NCBI GenBank assembly: GCA_951406725.2
Contig: OX597818.1
Coordinates: forward strand, 49,972,001 to 50,036,000
Direction: 5' to 3'
Length of the DNA stretch: 64,000 nt
From: Octopus vulgaris
Lineage: Eukaryota
The translations under genes were made by a program, and so were the position numbers. This document shows, one piece after another, positions 1-12,439 of the stretch. Each line of letters opens with the position of its first letter. Positions within the stretch are counted from its first letter, which is position 1. The notes under the pieces were generated by a model. That model saw only the letters and a program-made list of their open reading frames with translations, was not told the DNA's origin and ran no database searches.

Positions 1-931
1 GGCATGCTTTGCAAACCTTGAGTAGAAAGGTCATATCATTGAAGAAATCACTAATGGCGATTAAAGGACTTTGATGAACTCAGCGGATTGAGTGGACGAA
101 AAATTAGATGAATTAAATGGTTAAATTAACACGAATGAGGTGAAAAACAACGAGTGCGTGTGTCTATTATTGACAAAATGACCCTCCTGAAATATAACAA
201 AATATAACAGAAAAGTTTACATCACGAATCTTGCAAATTAAATACGTAAACGAAATCTTTGGATTTATTATTTGTATGCTTCAATAAGATATTTGTTCCT
301 TACACCCTCTCTTTCACTATCTCAGAATATTTGAAAAGTGTACCAATAATTGTTTAACTTGCATTTGTAAAGGTCATCGATGTGCGGGGAGCTGATATAT
401 GAGTATTAGCGAAGCTATGCTATATCAAACCAGGGCAATTTAAAATTGTTGTTGCAATTTTAGAGGTCACTTATATATGTCAATACAAAGTATTTCTCGA
501 ATTTCTCAGTTTACGTTTTGACAAAGCAATAAGCTCTGTTTATTTCCAGGACACGGCTCTATTTGCCTTAACATTTCTCCAGTTACAGTCAAGAAGCTAA
601 ACGACAAGGACGTACGTTGAATCATTAAAAAACAAATTATAAATTGAATACATATGAAAAAACATCCATAAACGCAAACACACCCAAGGCTCTGAAACAC
701 ACAAGTTTGGTTGAACAAACAAGATAAACTGCTCTAAATACACGAGTGTGTGTATTTTTCATTTTTAATCAGTAGAGGTTACAAAAATATATGGCACGTA
801 TCAAAGTCCCAGCCCTTGAGATTTTGATGAAGTGGTTTGTCATATTTTTCTAAAGTTGTTTAGTTGTTAGGAAGATTTTCTGAATACATCTTGAGATTTA
901 TCATATATATATATACATATATTATATATAC

Positions 932-963
<32 letters not shown>

Positions 964-1283
964 GTATATATATGTATATATCTCATTTCATTTTATATAT
1001 TGCCTTTACTCATATGTAATATAAAGTATATTATATCATATATGATATATAAGTATATATATATATATATTATACCATTTAATACAATAGATATGATTGC
1101 TATGACAATTTTTAACATCTATGTATTAATAGCAGTATATTGGATATATATATGGTAGAAGTTACAAAAATATATGGCACGTATCAAAGTCCCAGCCCTT
1201 GAGATTTTGATGAAGTGGTTTGTCATATTTTTCTAGGAAGATTTTCTGAATACATCTTGAGATTTATCATATATATATATATA

Positions 1284-1350
<67 letters not shown>

Positions 1351-1670
1351 ACCACGTGACCGACCAGACCATCAGATGTTGTTACACATCGCTGGTCACA
1401 ATGCGTTCGCATTGTTTTAGCCTTTGAATGACGCCACCCCGCTGGCTAAGCGAGCAGGCCAACAGAAGAAAGAGTGGGAGAAAGTTGTGGTGAAAGAGTA
1501 CAGCAGGGATCAACACCACTCTCTGCCGGAACCTCGTGGACCTTTAGGTGTTTTCGCTCAATAAACACTCACAACGCCCGGTCTGGGAATCGAAACCGCG
1601 ATCCTGCGACCGCGAGTCCGCTGCCCTAACCACTAGGCCATATATATATATGTATGTGTATATATATATG

Positions 1671-1701
<31 letters not shown>

Positions 1702-1706
1702 GTATA

Positions 1707-1773
<67 letters not shown>

Positions 1774-1775
1774 TA

Positions 1776-1959
1776 TATAAGGAGTTTACAGATATAGAAC
1801 TGTTTCATTCAAGAGAAATCTTCAGGAAGCTCCTGAAGATTTCTCTTGAATGAAACAGTTCTAGTCCTGTAGAAGCTCCTTCTATATAATAAATTAATTT
1901 TACTCTGCTATGTATTGAGTACCTTATTTACTGTGGTTAAACCCGAATCAACCCGGGAC

Positions 1960-1962
<3 letters not shown>
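1776..1962. mobile_element. Fold-back PLE terminal relic in (TA)n with two head-to-head hammerhead-like motifs
   Basis: 33-bp inverted arms 1795-1827/1831-1863; each strand reads CTGAAGA-TTTC TCTT GAAT-GAAA-CAG..CTG-TA. Confidence 0.65.
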
Positions 1963-2006
<44 letters not shown>

Positions 2007-2214
2007 TGAAATGGATAAATGAATTATCTTGTTACGGATTATTCAAAATTTAACCGATACCTGGGTAGCAAAAATCACAACAGAAAAAACACGGTTGAGG
2101 TTACGACCATGGGGTGTCGCAACCGTGCCTTAGCGCGGATAATTGAAGTTTTATATATTTAGTGAAGGGAAGAAATGGAGCTGAACGAAGATTCTACAAA
2201 ATTCCTTTTTATTA

Positions 2215-2298
2215 TTTTCTACACATGTTTCAAAGGCTGCAAATTTCCAAATTCGGATTGAATAAGGAGACCGTTTTGCAGCTTTCTCTTCAGGAAAA
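2215..2298 (-). ncRNA. Type I hammerhead ribozyme motif (PLE terminal relic)
   Basis: Minus strand TTTTC-CTGAAGA-GAAAGCTGCAAA...TTTGCAGCCTTT-GAAA-CATGTG-TA-GAAAA: paired stems I and II, intact core. Confidence 0.8.
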
Positions 2299-2488
2299 AC
2301 CAGGAATTTAAATCTCCAAACAAATGCGCAGCAAGCTATTCGATCAAAACGCTCCCTAGGAACCCATGGTAAGGCACAAAACTGTCTCTCAATGTGTGTT
2401 GACGTCAGGGTGGGTGAAGGCCGACGAAAAAGTCCGGACTTTTTCGTCGGCCTTCACCCACCCTGACGTCAACGCACATTGAGAGGAC

Positions 2489-2520
<32 letters not shown>

Positions 2521-2565
2521 ATATCATTTATGATTATAGTATAATATATTCTTATCTTTCTAAAA

Positions 2566-2614
<49 letters not shown>

Positions 2615-2649
2615 GGTCTGTGGTAAGGCAATTCGTTGCAAACTTCTTA

Positions 2650-2746
<97 letters not shown>

Positions 2747-3004
2747 CATACACGACGGACTATATATATATATTTATGTATGTGTCTTTGTGTCTGTATT
2801 TGTCTTCCCACCATTGCTTGATGTTGGTGTGTTTATGTCTCCGAAACTTAGCTGTACGGTAAAGGACACCGATAGAATAAGTACTAGCCTTATTCTAGTT
2901 CTGGGATCGATTTGTTCGACTAAAGGCGGTGCTCCAGCATGGCTGCAGTCAAATGACTGAAACAAGTAAAAGAATAAAAGAACAGACAATAAAGTTTCAA
3001 CATA

Positions 3005-3167
3005 GGCGCAGGAGTCGCTGTGTGGTAGGTAGCTTGCTCACCAACCACATGGTTCCGGGTTCAGTCCTACTGCGTGGCACCTTGGGCAAGTGTCTTCTAC
3101 TATAGCCTTGGGCCGACCAAAGCCTTGTGAGTGGATTTGGTAGACGGAAACTGAAAGAAGCCCGTCG

Positions 3168-3223
<56 letters not shown>

Positions 3224-3470
3224 TGTGCGTGTGTGTGTGTGTGTGTGTTTGTATATGTTTGTGTGTCTGTGTTCCCCACCCAATTCGCTTGACAACCGAT
3301 AGTGGTGTGTTTACGTTCCCGTAACTTAGCGGTTCGACAGAACAACAGACCGATAGAATAAGTACTAGGCTTCCAAAGAATAAGTCCTGGGTCGATTTGC
3401 TCGACTAAAGGCGGTGCTCCAGCATGGCCACAGTCAAATGACTGAAACAAGTAAAAGAGTAAAAGAATAC
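3005..3470 (+). mobile_element. Second tRNA-like SINE family with an internal (TA)/(TG) microsatellite. Other copies: ~2750-2985(+), 10865-11283(-), 18930-19110(+), 35935-36340(-), 37130-37537(-), 57925-58325(-)
   Basis: Head AGGCGCAGGAGT.GCTGTGTGGTA..GGTTCAGTCC; tail GACTGAAACAAGTAAAAGAGTAAAAG repeated across copies. Confidence 0.88.
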
Positions 3471-3785
3471 AGCATATATAAAATGTTAGATACACACAGT
3501 ATGTTGTATAAATGCTTATGTCTATAATTTTATAAGGTCAAGTGTATAATTCAATGTGGTAAACATAATTGAACTAAATTTCTTGAATAAGTGTCTTACA
3601 AGATAAAGAAAGATAGTAACACAAAATAAAAATAATAAAATTCACGTGATTTTAACCTGGTGGTAATGGAGATTAGCAAATAATTTTTCGTTCAGTTTAA
3701 TATGTTAGTAGATTCTAGTAAAAAATATGCTTGTAGATTCGAGAAAAAAAAAAAACCTTTGAATTCAGCATTATGTCATCAAAAG

Positions 3786-4170
3786 TGGAGGCGCAATGGC
3801 CCAGTGGTTAGGGCAGCGGACTCGCGGTCGTAGGATCGCGGCTTCGATTCCCAGACCGGGCGTTGTGAGTGTTTATTGAGCGAAAACACCTAAAAGCTCC
3901 ACGAGGCTCCGGCAGGGGATGGTGGTGATCCCTGCTGTACTCTTTCACCACAACTTTCTCTCACTCTTACTTCCTGTTTCTGTTGTACCTGTATTTTCAA
4001 AGGGCCGGCCTTGTCACTCTCTGTGTCACGCTGAATATCCCCGAGAACTACGTTAAGGGTACACGTGTCTGTGGAGTGCTCAGCCACTTACACGTTAATT
4101 TCACGAGCAGGCTGTTCCGTTGATTCAGATCAACCGGAACCCTCGTCGTTGTAACCGACGGAGTGCTTCC
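3786..4170 (+). mobile_element. tRNA-Arg-derived SINE (octopus OR-type). Other copies: ~1345-1640(-), 14145-14443(-), 15675-15980(+), 38593-38970(+), 39390-39636(-), 44368-44850(+, tandem), 45250-45750(-), 60902-61285(+)
   Basis: Head GGAGGCGCAATGGCCCAGTGGTTAGGGCAGCGGACTCGCGGTC..GGTTTCGATTCCC with Pol III A/B boxes; shared core, variable tails; 16-bp TSD at the 38.6-kb copy. Confidence 0.9.
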
Positions 4171-4402
4171 AATGGAGATTAGCAAATAATTTCTCGTTCA
4201 GTTTAATATGTTAGTAGATTCTAGTAAAAAATATGCTAGTAGATTCGAGAAAAAAACCCCTTTGAATTTAGCATTATGTCATCAAAATGATTGACAGGAT
4301 ATTGTTCGGGTGTTTGTCTAAATAAATCTGCTTTATTAATGTTCCTCTCTAGATTGATGAGAAAATAGCTATTGATATTGAGTAATATAAAACACACACT
4401 TG

Positions 4403-4506
<104 letters not shown>

Positions 4507-4519
4507 CACACACACACAC

Positions 4520-5430
4520 TCCCCCTCTCACAAATGTGTTTCTCCAATTTTGCCATCCTGTTTGTTGGTTACATTGAGGACCAAGCATTCTCCCAATTCT
4601 CCAGGCCGACCCCAGAGCTATACGGTCGCTAAGTAGACGACTGTATAGGTGCCACCGCCCTCTCCCGTGAACAACTCTGCCACTTCATCTCTTTCCTCTC
4701 TAACTTCCACCCTTCTCTCCAATTCACTTCTATCTTTCTTTACTACCCACAAGGGGCTAAACATAGAGGGGACAAACAAGGACGGACAAACGGATTAAGT
4801 CAATTACATCGACCCCAGTGCGTAACTGGTACTTAATTTATCGACCCCGAAAGGATGAAAGGCAACGTCGACCTCGGTGGAATTTGAACTCAGAACGTAA
4901 CGGCAGACGAAATACCTATTTCTTTACTATCCACAAGGGGCTAAACACAGAGAGAACAAACACGGACAGACAAACGGATTAAGTCGATTATATCGACCCC
5001 CAGTGCGTAACTGGTACTTAATTTATCGACCCCGAAAGGATGAAAGGCAAAGTCGACCTCGGCGGAATTTGAACTCAGAACGTAGCGACAGACGAAATAC
5101 TGCTAAGCATTTCGCCCGGCGTGCTAACGTTTCTGCCAGCTCGCCGCCTTATTCACTTCTACTATCTCTAACACCTCGGTTAACTTCCTCGACATCTCTC
5201 TTACCATTGACCACCCTTTCCACTCTCTCACCACCTCTGCTTTCTTCAAACCCACAGATTCCCACCTCTACCTCAACTTCTGCTCCTCCCATCCCTTCCA
5301 CACCAAACGGGACATCCCCTACTCCCAGTTCCTCCGCCCCCGACGCTTGTGCAGCCAGGACCAGGATTTTGAGACCTACTCCCAGTACCTTGCCCGCCTG
5401 TTCATGCATCGAGGATACCCCTTGACCCTT
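4520..5430 (+). mobile_element. Penelope-like (Neptune-type) RT fragment interrupted by two SINEs
   Basis: NFAILFVGYIE, xVDDCIG, FHPSLQFT, VNFLDISL, FKPTDSHLYLNFCSSHP..IPYSQFLR..RLCS..RGYP; ATTCACTTCTA duplicated around the SINE pair 4735-5150. Confidence 0.8.
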
Positions 5431-6384
5431 GTCCAAACCCGTGTTCTCGGACCCCGCACACGAACCCGGGATAACAGCGGCTTGTCTGAGAAATGAACCT
5501 CGCGAGTTGGTCATTCTTCGCGGCAACGCCTTCGCAATGATGTCCGAGATTAGCGGCTGCATACACCATTTGGGTTGGGTTGGGATGTACAACCTGTTAA
5601 CCCTCTCTATCTTTTGTTGCTCAACCTTCTCACCTTTTCTTTTACTTTGCTTCCTTGTTGAAGTAATTCTTTTTTTTTCTTCTAAAATATAACCTTTTAT
5701 GCTTAGACCTTTTTTTCCCGCCTCCTATAAAAAATAGGTTGCTAGATAAAGATCCTTTGTTCTTAAATGTGGTTATAAATTTTCGGTAGGGAGGAAGTTT
5801 GTCATGGGAGGCAACTCTTTTAGACGGGAGGTAACTCTGTGTACCTAGTTAATTGAAATCTAGACAATGAGTACAGGATTAACTTCTTGGTTCATTTCAA
5901 TTGACTGAAAGGCTGAAATCAATGTCCTAATATAGTCCTAATCTAATGACTGAAATTAGCAAAAGGATAAAATAAATATACATCTTCAATTGAGTGCTTA
6001 ATGTAAATATTTACTGTATATTACGAAACGAGAGATAAACTCGTGTTGTGGTTTAACCCCACGTCGACCTTGATGGAGCTGAAATGTAATCAACAGCATT
6101 CCACTCATGACCATCCCATCTTTTTCAGGCAATGGACTACGTTATCCAATATGTCCTTCGCTGGATGAAGACAGTAAAGAGAGAACCGAGGGAAATTTGT
6201 CTTCTATTTTTAGTATGTAGAACGAATACACAGAGACTTCTTTGTGGACATAAACAGAGAACTCGCTGTACAAGGCAGCTGCTTATTCATCTACAGTGCA
6301 TGTTATAATGAAGACTGTAGAGTGTGAGTTGAGGGATATTTGGCTTCTATTTCCAGCTCATTCAATGACTACATAGAGACTAAC

Positions 6385-7810
6385 TTATATTTTGTATTTG
6401 CGGCTCCGTTGGTGGTTAATGAGCCCTGCTCTTGACAAGCATACACGACTGCAAACATTGCAAACCAAGCTTTGCCCATTCACTACACAAGCGGTACGCT
6501 TTCGAGCAGCACGCTTAAAGTCTTTATGCAGAATACGTACTCTCGCAAAAGTGTCGACCACCTTTGTAACCTGTTTCCTCCATCTGTGGCGATGACAGGC
6601 ATTGCTCTCCCAGTCCGTCTCCTGCATATCACAGGCCTTTAATGAGGACTTGACACAGCCCTTAAATCGCAGCCTTGGTTTTTGCAGGAGTCTCTTTCCA
6701 CTAACAAGCTCTCTCTATATAGCATCTGTTTAGGGATCCTGCTATCCTTTAATCTAATAAAGTGTCCAGTCAATCGTAACCGGAGCTTGTGCACTATCGC
6801 TGTAATACTCAAGATATCAGCTTTCCTCAGGATCTGTGTGTCTGGTCTTTTTAAGGTTCAGCCAACATTCAAAACGTGTCTCAGACATCACTGATGAAAG
6901 CGTTACATGACAGTTGTAAAAGATCCATGTCTCACATGAGTGACGGAGCGATGTCAGTACACATGCACGGTATATTTTTGTTTGCCTTGTGATGCCATGC
7001 TGGGACCAGACACAAGACTGAAGAGATTGGAAGGAATCAGTTGCTCTCTGCAACCTGAAAGATATTTCATCATCCAGGGAGCAAGAACGGCTGAGTGTGC
7101 TGCCCAAGTAGACAAACTTGTCTACCACTTTTAGTATTGTTCCTTCAGCTGGTTCCACATATGGATATCCTGGTGCAGGCTGGAATATTACGACAGTCTT
7201 GCACAGGTTAATGCTGAGTCCACAAGCTTTGCAAGAAGCAGAAATACGATTTATAAGTAGTTGCGTGTCATCCACTGTATGAGTGACTAAGTCAGTCATC
7301 TGCATAAATGAGGTCGCGAATAAGAGACTGGAAAACTTTTGAATTGGCAGCAAATCAGCGCAAATAAAAGAAGCGGCCAGAAGATCGATACCTGACATAT
7401 ATTCCCAGAGAGCTAACCTTAGCAAAAGCATGAGTAAAAGCAGCAGCAAAGTAAAATGGAAAGAGAGTTGGGGCAAGAATGTCATCCTGCTTGACACTAT
7501 TCTCTATAGGAATGGGTCCCGCCGTGCCACCACCAACATTGACACAAGCCTCCGTCTCATCATGAAATGATTTAGTTATAGATACAAAGTGATCCGGACA
7601 TCCAAGTTTGCCAAGTACTTTCCATAGCAAGGCTCTATTCACAGTATCAAATATGTTGGTTAAATCAATGAATACCTTGGACAAGTTCCATATTCTGTTC
7701 ATAGCACTTCTGTATCTGTCTTGCTGTGAAAATCATATCCATTGTTCCTCTACCAGATTGGAAGCCACATTGAGATTCACATAGGACACCATTTACGAGT
7801 CCCCCATTCA
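6385..7810 (-). mobile_element. RTE/BovB-like LINE ORF fragment (RT to C-terminal Zn finger), degenerate
   Basis: ESQCGFQSGRGTMDMIFTARQ, FIDLT..FDTVNR, VDKFVYLGSTLS, CNVCSRVCLSRAGLINHQRS; frameshifted. Confidence 0.9.
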
Positions 7811-7899
7811 GGTGGTCAAGAAGAATATTTTGACAACAGAACACAATCACATATGATACATATCCAATGTTCACTGTTGGTTACAATTCCAATCGTTCC

Positions 7900-8420
7900 T
7901 TTGAGACAGACCCTTTTAAGCTCAAAGTGCCGAATCATCTTTTCCTTCTAGGCATTGCAAGCAGTCCTAACAGCATCTCTCCACTTGTTCCGATCTATAA
8001 CATCATTTTCCCAATTACCTTTGTTCATATCTAGTTTCTTCAGGGTTTCCTTCACATAGTCTTTGTACTTCTCCACGGCTTATGTTGTGATCGCTTACCA
8101 GAGTTGAGCTCACCGTAAAAAAGACGCTTTGGCAATCGGTCGTCTTTCATTCTAATAGCGTGTCCAGTCCATCTTATTTGAGCCAAGATAACATGTTGTT
8201 CAATTGAGCTACAACGTGTCATGCATAAAACTTCTGTATCTGGTACGAAACATTCCCGCTTGACTCCTAAAATGCATCTGAGGCACTCTTGATGAAATCT
8301 CTCCAGCATTTTTATATGACGCTTGTAAGTGGTCCACGTCTCATTTGAATAAAGAAGTGTAGTCAATACACACGCTTTATAGACACTGATTTTTGTCTGT
8401 ATATTGTCAGTTCGAAACCA
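7900..8420 (-). mobile_element. Second RTE LINE 3' fragment
   Basis: LLYSNETWT..LERFHQECLRCILG..RWTGHAIRM..RLPKRLFYGEL. Confidence 0.85.
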
Positions 8421-9102
8421 AATTCACATTTTTATTCATTGTTGGATGAATTTCCGGTCTTTGTTTTCTCCTCTTTGCACTTGGTGATTAATGAGGATGA
8501 GCTGACCTCTGAGACCTTCTCAGGTCATGGAAAAGTCAATCCTTTGTTTTAGGTTGACCTACTTTAGTTGCCAAACTTTATAAATGTCCAGCGAGGGCTT
8601 GATCAATCTTTTGGGTCAATAACTTTGATCAATAAGCTTTCTGGTGCCGAATGGAGAAGAGAGGGACAACACATTCCGGATCTTTTCTGTTCAGCTACAC
8701 CAGTGGACATTTCAAAGTTTACTGAAAATTTAAAAAAATTGGTTGGCTGATGTAATTTTCCACGCTGAATCTCAGGGACAAGTTTACTTTTTCCAGAAAA
8801 TTAAAATGATAAAAAAAAAAGTTACAGAGGTTTCAAGTTTGATAAATTTTACCCAGTCAGGAAACAGGATTTGGAAGCTGTCATTTTGTACGTGATTGCC
8901 CGTGTTAATTGTAGGTACCTTTTGGTTAACTCACTCCAATTAAAAATTTGCCATTAAAAAACTGGGTTATCTCCCCACTAGAAAAAGTGAGTTTATGTGG
9001 CGACAAGAGATTGGATTAAAAGAGTTAGATCCTTTTGATTGAATACTTCTACACGTTGTTGACGTTTGGGCATGGTATGATTTGTTATAAAAGTATTATC
9101 AG

Positions 9103-10245
9103 ACTAGCACTATGACCCGGCGTTGCCGGGTCATAGTGCTAGTGCATGCATATACAACTGCGTGCGTGCGCACATACACGCGAGTACTGTCCAAATTTCC
9201 GACCAATCACATACAGCTAGCTGGCATTCAATTGGCGTATCAAGTTTCAGGCGGCATTTTGTTTGGGTTTTGGATAGAAAATTCACAAAAAAAGTAACTT
9301 CTATTGATTTTTTAATGGCTTTGCGAGGTGACTGGGGAAATGTAAAGATGTGCACGGCCACCCTTGGACGGTTTTGAATGACCATAGAAAGTGCGAGCCC
9401 TCTAACTAAAAAATTGTGGATTTGTATAAAGGATACACACACACACACAGACAGACATTTTGCCATTTATATATAGACTAGCAGTATCGCCCGGCGTTGC
9501 TCAGGTTTGTAAGGGAAATAACTATAAATCATTTTTAGAGAGTTATAGCCAAAAAATAGCCAAGAAATGGAAAAAAATTATGGTAAATTTTTTTTTAGAG
9601 TTAAAAAAGGTGGAGTTGCGTCCCCTAGACAGTTTGTGGTTTGTGTTTCTGATTCTCGACCCCATGTCGAATTTATCGATTTTTTTCAGAACTGGGGGAA
9701 CTTTACAAAATTTTCGCTGCGTTAGTTTTGAATTATGACATTGGGCTATGTGTGTGTCAAGTTTCATCAGAATCGGCTGAAAGCCGTGGTCAGGGTGAGG
9801 GTACAAGCAACAGACACACAGAAACACGCACAGACAAACTGCCGTTTATATAGAGAGAGATAGCAGTATCGCCCGGCGTTGCTCAGGTTTGTAAGGAAAT
9901 AACTATAAAGCATTTTTAGAGAGTTATAGCCAAAAAATAGCAAAAAAATGGAAAAAAATGATGGTAAATTTTTTTTTGAGATTTAAATAAGGTAGAGTTG
10001 CGTCCCCTACATAGTTTGTGGTTCGTATTCCTGATTCTCGACCCCATGTCGAATTTATCGATTTTTTTCAGAACTGGGGGAACTTTTCAAAATTTTCGCT
10101 GCGTTAGTTTTGAATTATGACATTGGGCTATGTGTGTGTCAAGTTTCATCAGAATCGGTTGAAAGCCGTGGTCAGGTGAGGTACAAGCAAACAGAAACAC
10201 ACAGAGACACGCACAGACAAACTGCCGTTTATATAGAGAGAGAGA
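9103..10245 (-). mobile_element. Tandem array of three non-autonomous Helitron-like elements (~9103-9476, 9477-9861, 9862-10245)
   Basis: Each unit on the minus strand starts TC(TC)TATATA and ends with a GC hairpin (GCAACGCCGGG) + CTAG/CTAT; units 2 and 3 are near-identical. Confidence 0.75.
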
Positions 10246-12439
10246 TGATTCATTAACATGTTTAATTATTTCAGTTTTCGTGTTTATTAATCTTTTCAGT
10301 TATGTATACTTTGTTATAAAAATATTATCAGATTCAATACGAGGTTTCATCGTTTCACTTTTTATGTTTTGTTTTATTAAGGGTTAAACAATTTTTTTTA
10401 GTAGATGGAGATAACCAAAAGTACCGTTGTTTCTCATAAAACGTGGGGGGAGATAACCCAATATTTTAATGGGGGGTGAGATAACCCCAAAGTACCCACT
10501 TATAAACAAACGAAATGTTGGCGGAATTATGCTTTCCGCACGCCATATAACCCTCCTAACATTTAATTTTTTTTTTTGGAAATCTCAGAAAATTTCTGCG
10601 AATTTATATTCCGCACTCAGGAATCCATACAATTATGCAAGAAGCAAAAAAGGTGCGTGAGTTAAGGCCTATTTAGTTATTATTTTTAGCATATCCCATG
10701 ACCACCTCATACCGCAGGTGTTTTAAGCATTCAGTAAGCGAAACATGACCACGTGCGTCAGCAGCTTGATAACAGCTTGGCTTGTTACTATGGAAATAGA
10801 CACCGATATGTCTGTGACTTTCGATTGGCTAAAATTATCCCCAATTTGCAAACTTTAAAAGCTTTTTTTACTCTTTTACTTGCTTCAGGCATCTGAATGT
10901 GACCATGCTGGAGCACCGCCTTTAGTCGAGAAAATCGACCCCAGGACTCATTCTTTGAAAGCCTTGTACTTATTCTATCGGTCTCTTTTGCTGAACTGCT
11001 AGGTGACGGGGACATAAACACACCACCATCGGTTGTCAAGCGATGTTGGGGAGACAAACAAACACACACACACACACAAACATATACACAAACACACACA
11101 CATATATACATATATACGACGGGCTTCTTTCAGTTTCCGTCTACCAAATCCACTCACAAGGCTTTGGTCGGCTCGAGGCTATAGTAGAAAAAACTTGCCC
11201 AAGGTGCCACGTAGTGGGACTGAACCCGGAACTATGTGGTTCGTAAGTAAGCTACTTACCACAAACAGCCACTCCTACGCCTATTAACTCTTTATTTATT
11301 GATTTATGGCGAAAACGAATTTCATGTCAATGATTACCGTACAAAAAAACTACAACTCACCAAATATGAAATCAAGTAGAAAATTGAAGAAACAGACAAG
11401 TAGCAACCAAACAGAAAAGATACTCTCTTGTGACAATACAAATCTCACCCTTTCTCCTTCTCTAGCAGCGGACAATGAAGCTAGATCCCACATGCAAAGA
11501 ATCATTGGAACCAGATAGTATTTTACTGCTAAAAACTGGTAATGTGTTCCATACACAAACAAACGACGCGATGACGTTGTTTATTTTATATTTGTAACGA
11601 CATTATAATCAACTAGATAAATGGCCATCTTCATAATTAATTGTTCTTAATTCATTTCTCCGCTGCATCAATACTTTCGACGTCTCATCCCAATTATGTC
11701 GTTACACACACAGACACAGACACACACACATCTTTTAGAACTGCTACTACCTACTACCAAGCTTTCACAAGAGTAAAAGAGAGAGAGAGAAAGAAAGAAA
11801 GAAAGAAAGAGAGAGAGGGTGAGAGAGAGAAAGGAAAATGTCCCTTGTATTTGAAAACTATGGAAATATTAAAAAAAATATTTCATTTAATTTTTCCACA
11901 ATTCAACTGTTTTTTATGCTTTATTCCAAGTTGAAAAAGTTGCAAAGGCTGAAACCGGTACTAAAATGTTCATGATAAAATTATTTTAGCATTTTCTACC
12001 TTGTCATATATATATTTTAATAATGGAAGGCAAGGTTTACAATATCGGAGGAATATCGTCTCCTTCCATCAGTTTTCCTTGTTCTTTATGTAGTTCAGGC
12101 TTTCGGCAGGCGAAGAGAAGAGACTTCAAGTATAAATGCTATTTACAGGAAAGGTGAAGTGTCCTGTTCTCAGCAACCATTTTAAGCTCCGATAGTGCGG
12201 GTGCAAATTGCCTCCAGCCAGTGGTGTGTTCAGCAAGCGCTGCTGTGTAGTGATGCCAAAAAAGAGAGTTGAATCGGGTTTTCCCTTTATATAGTTTCCA
12301 TCGTGAGTTTCGCTGTGATCTTGCGCATGGCAAATGGATGCAGGTGAGGTCTCGCTCCAGTCTTGGAGATGGCAATGGCTGCCGCGAGATCTCATCCAAT
12401 ATGGCGCTGGCTGCTTGTGCCGCTACAAGGGCTCCCCCC

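Noticed and set aside
3786-3862. tRNA-Arg(TCG) gene
   Set aside because: The tRNA-like head runs into a shared SINE body in about 10 copies, and the acceptor stem is not intact
8548-10672. Large non-autonomous DNA transposon hosting the Helitron array
   Set aside because: The sequence looks repeat-like, but I could not establish convincing TIRs or a TSD
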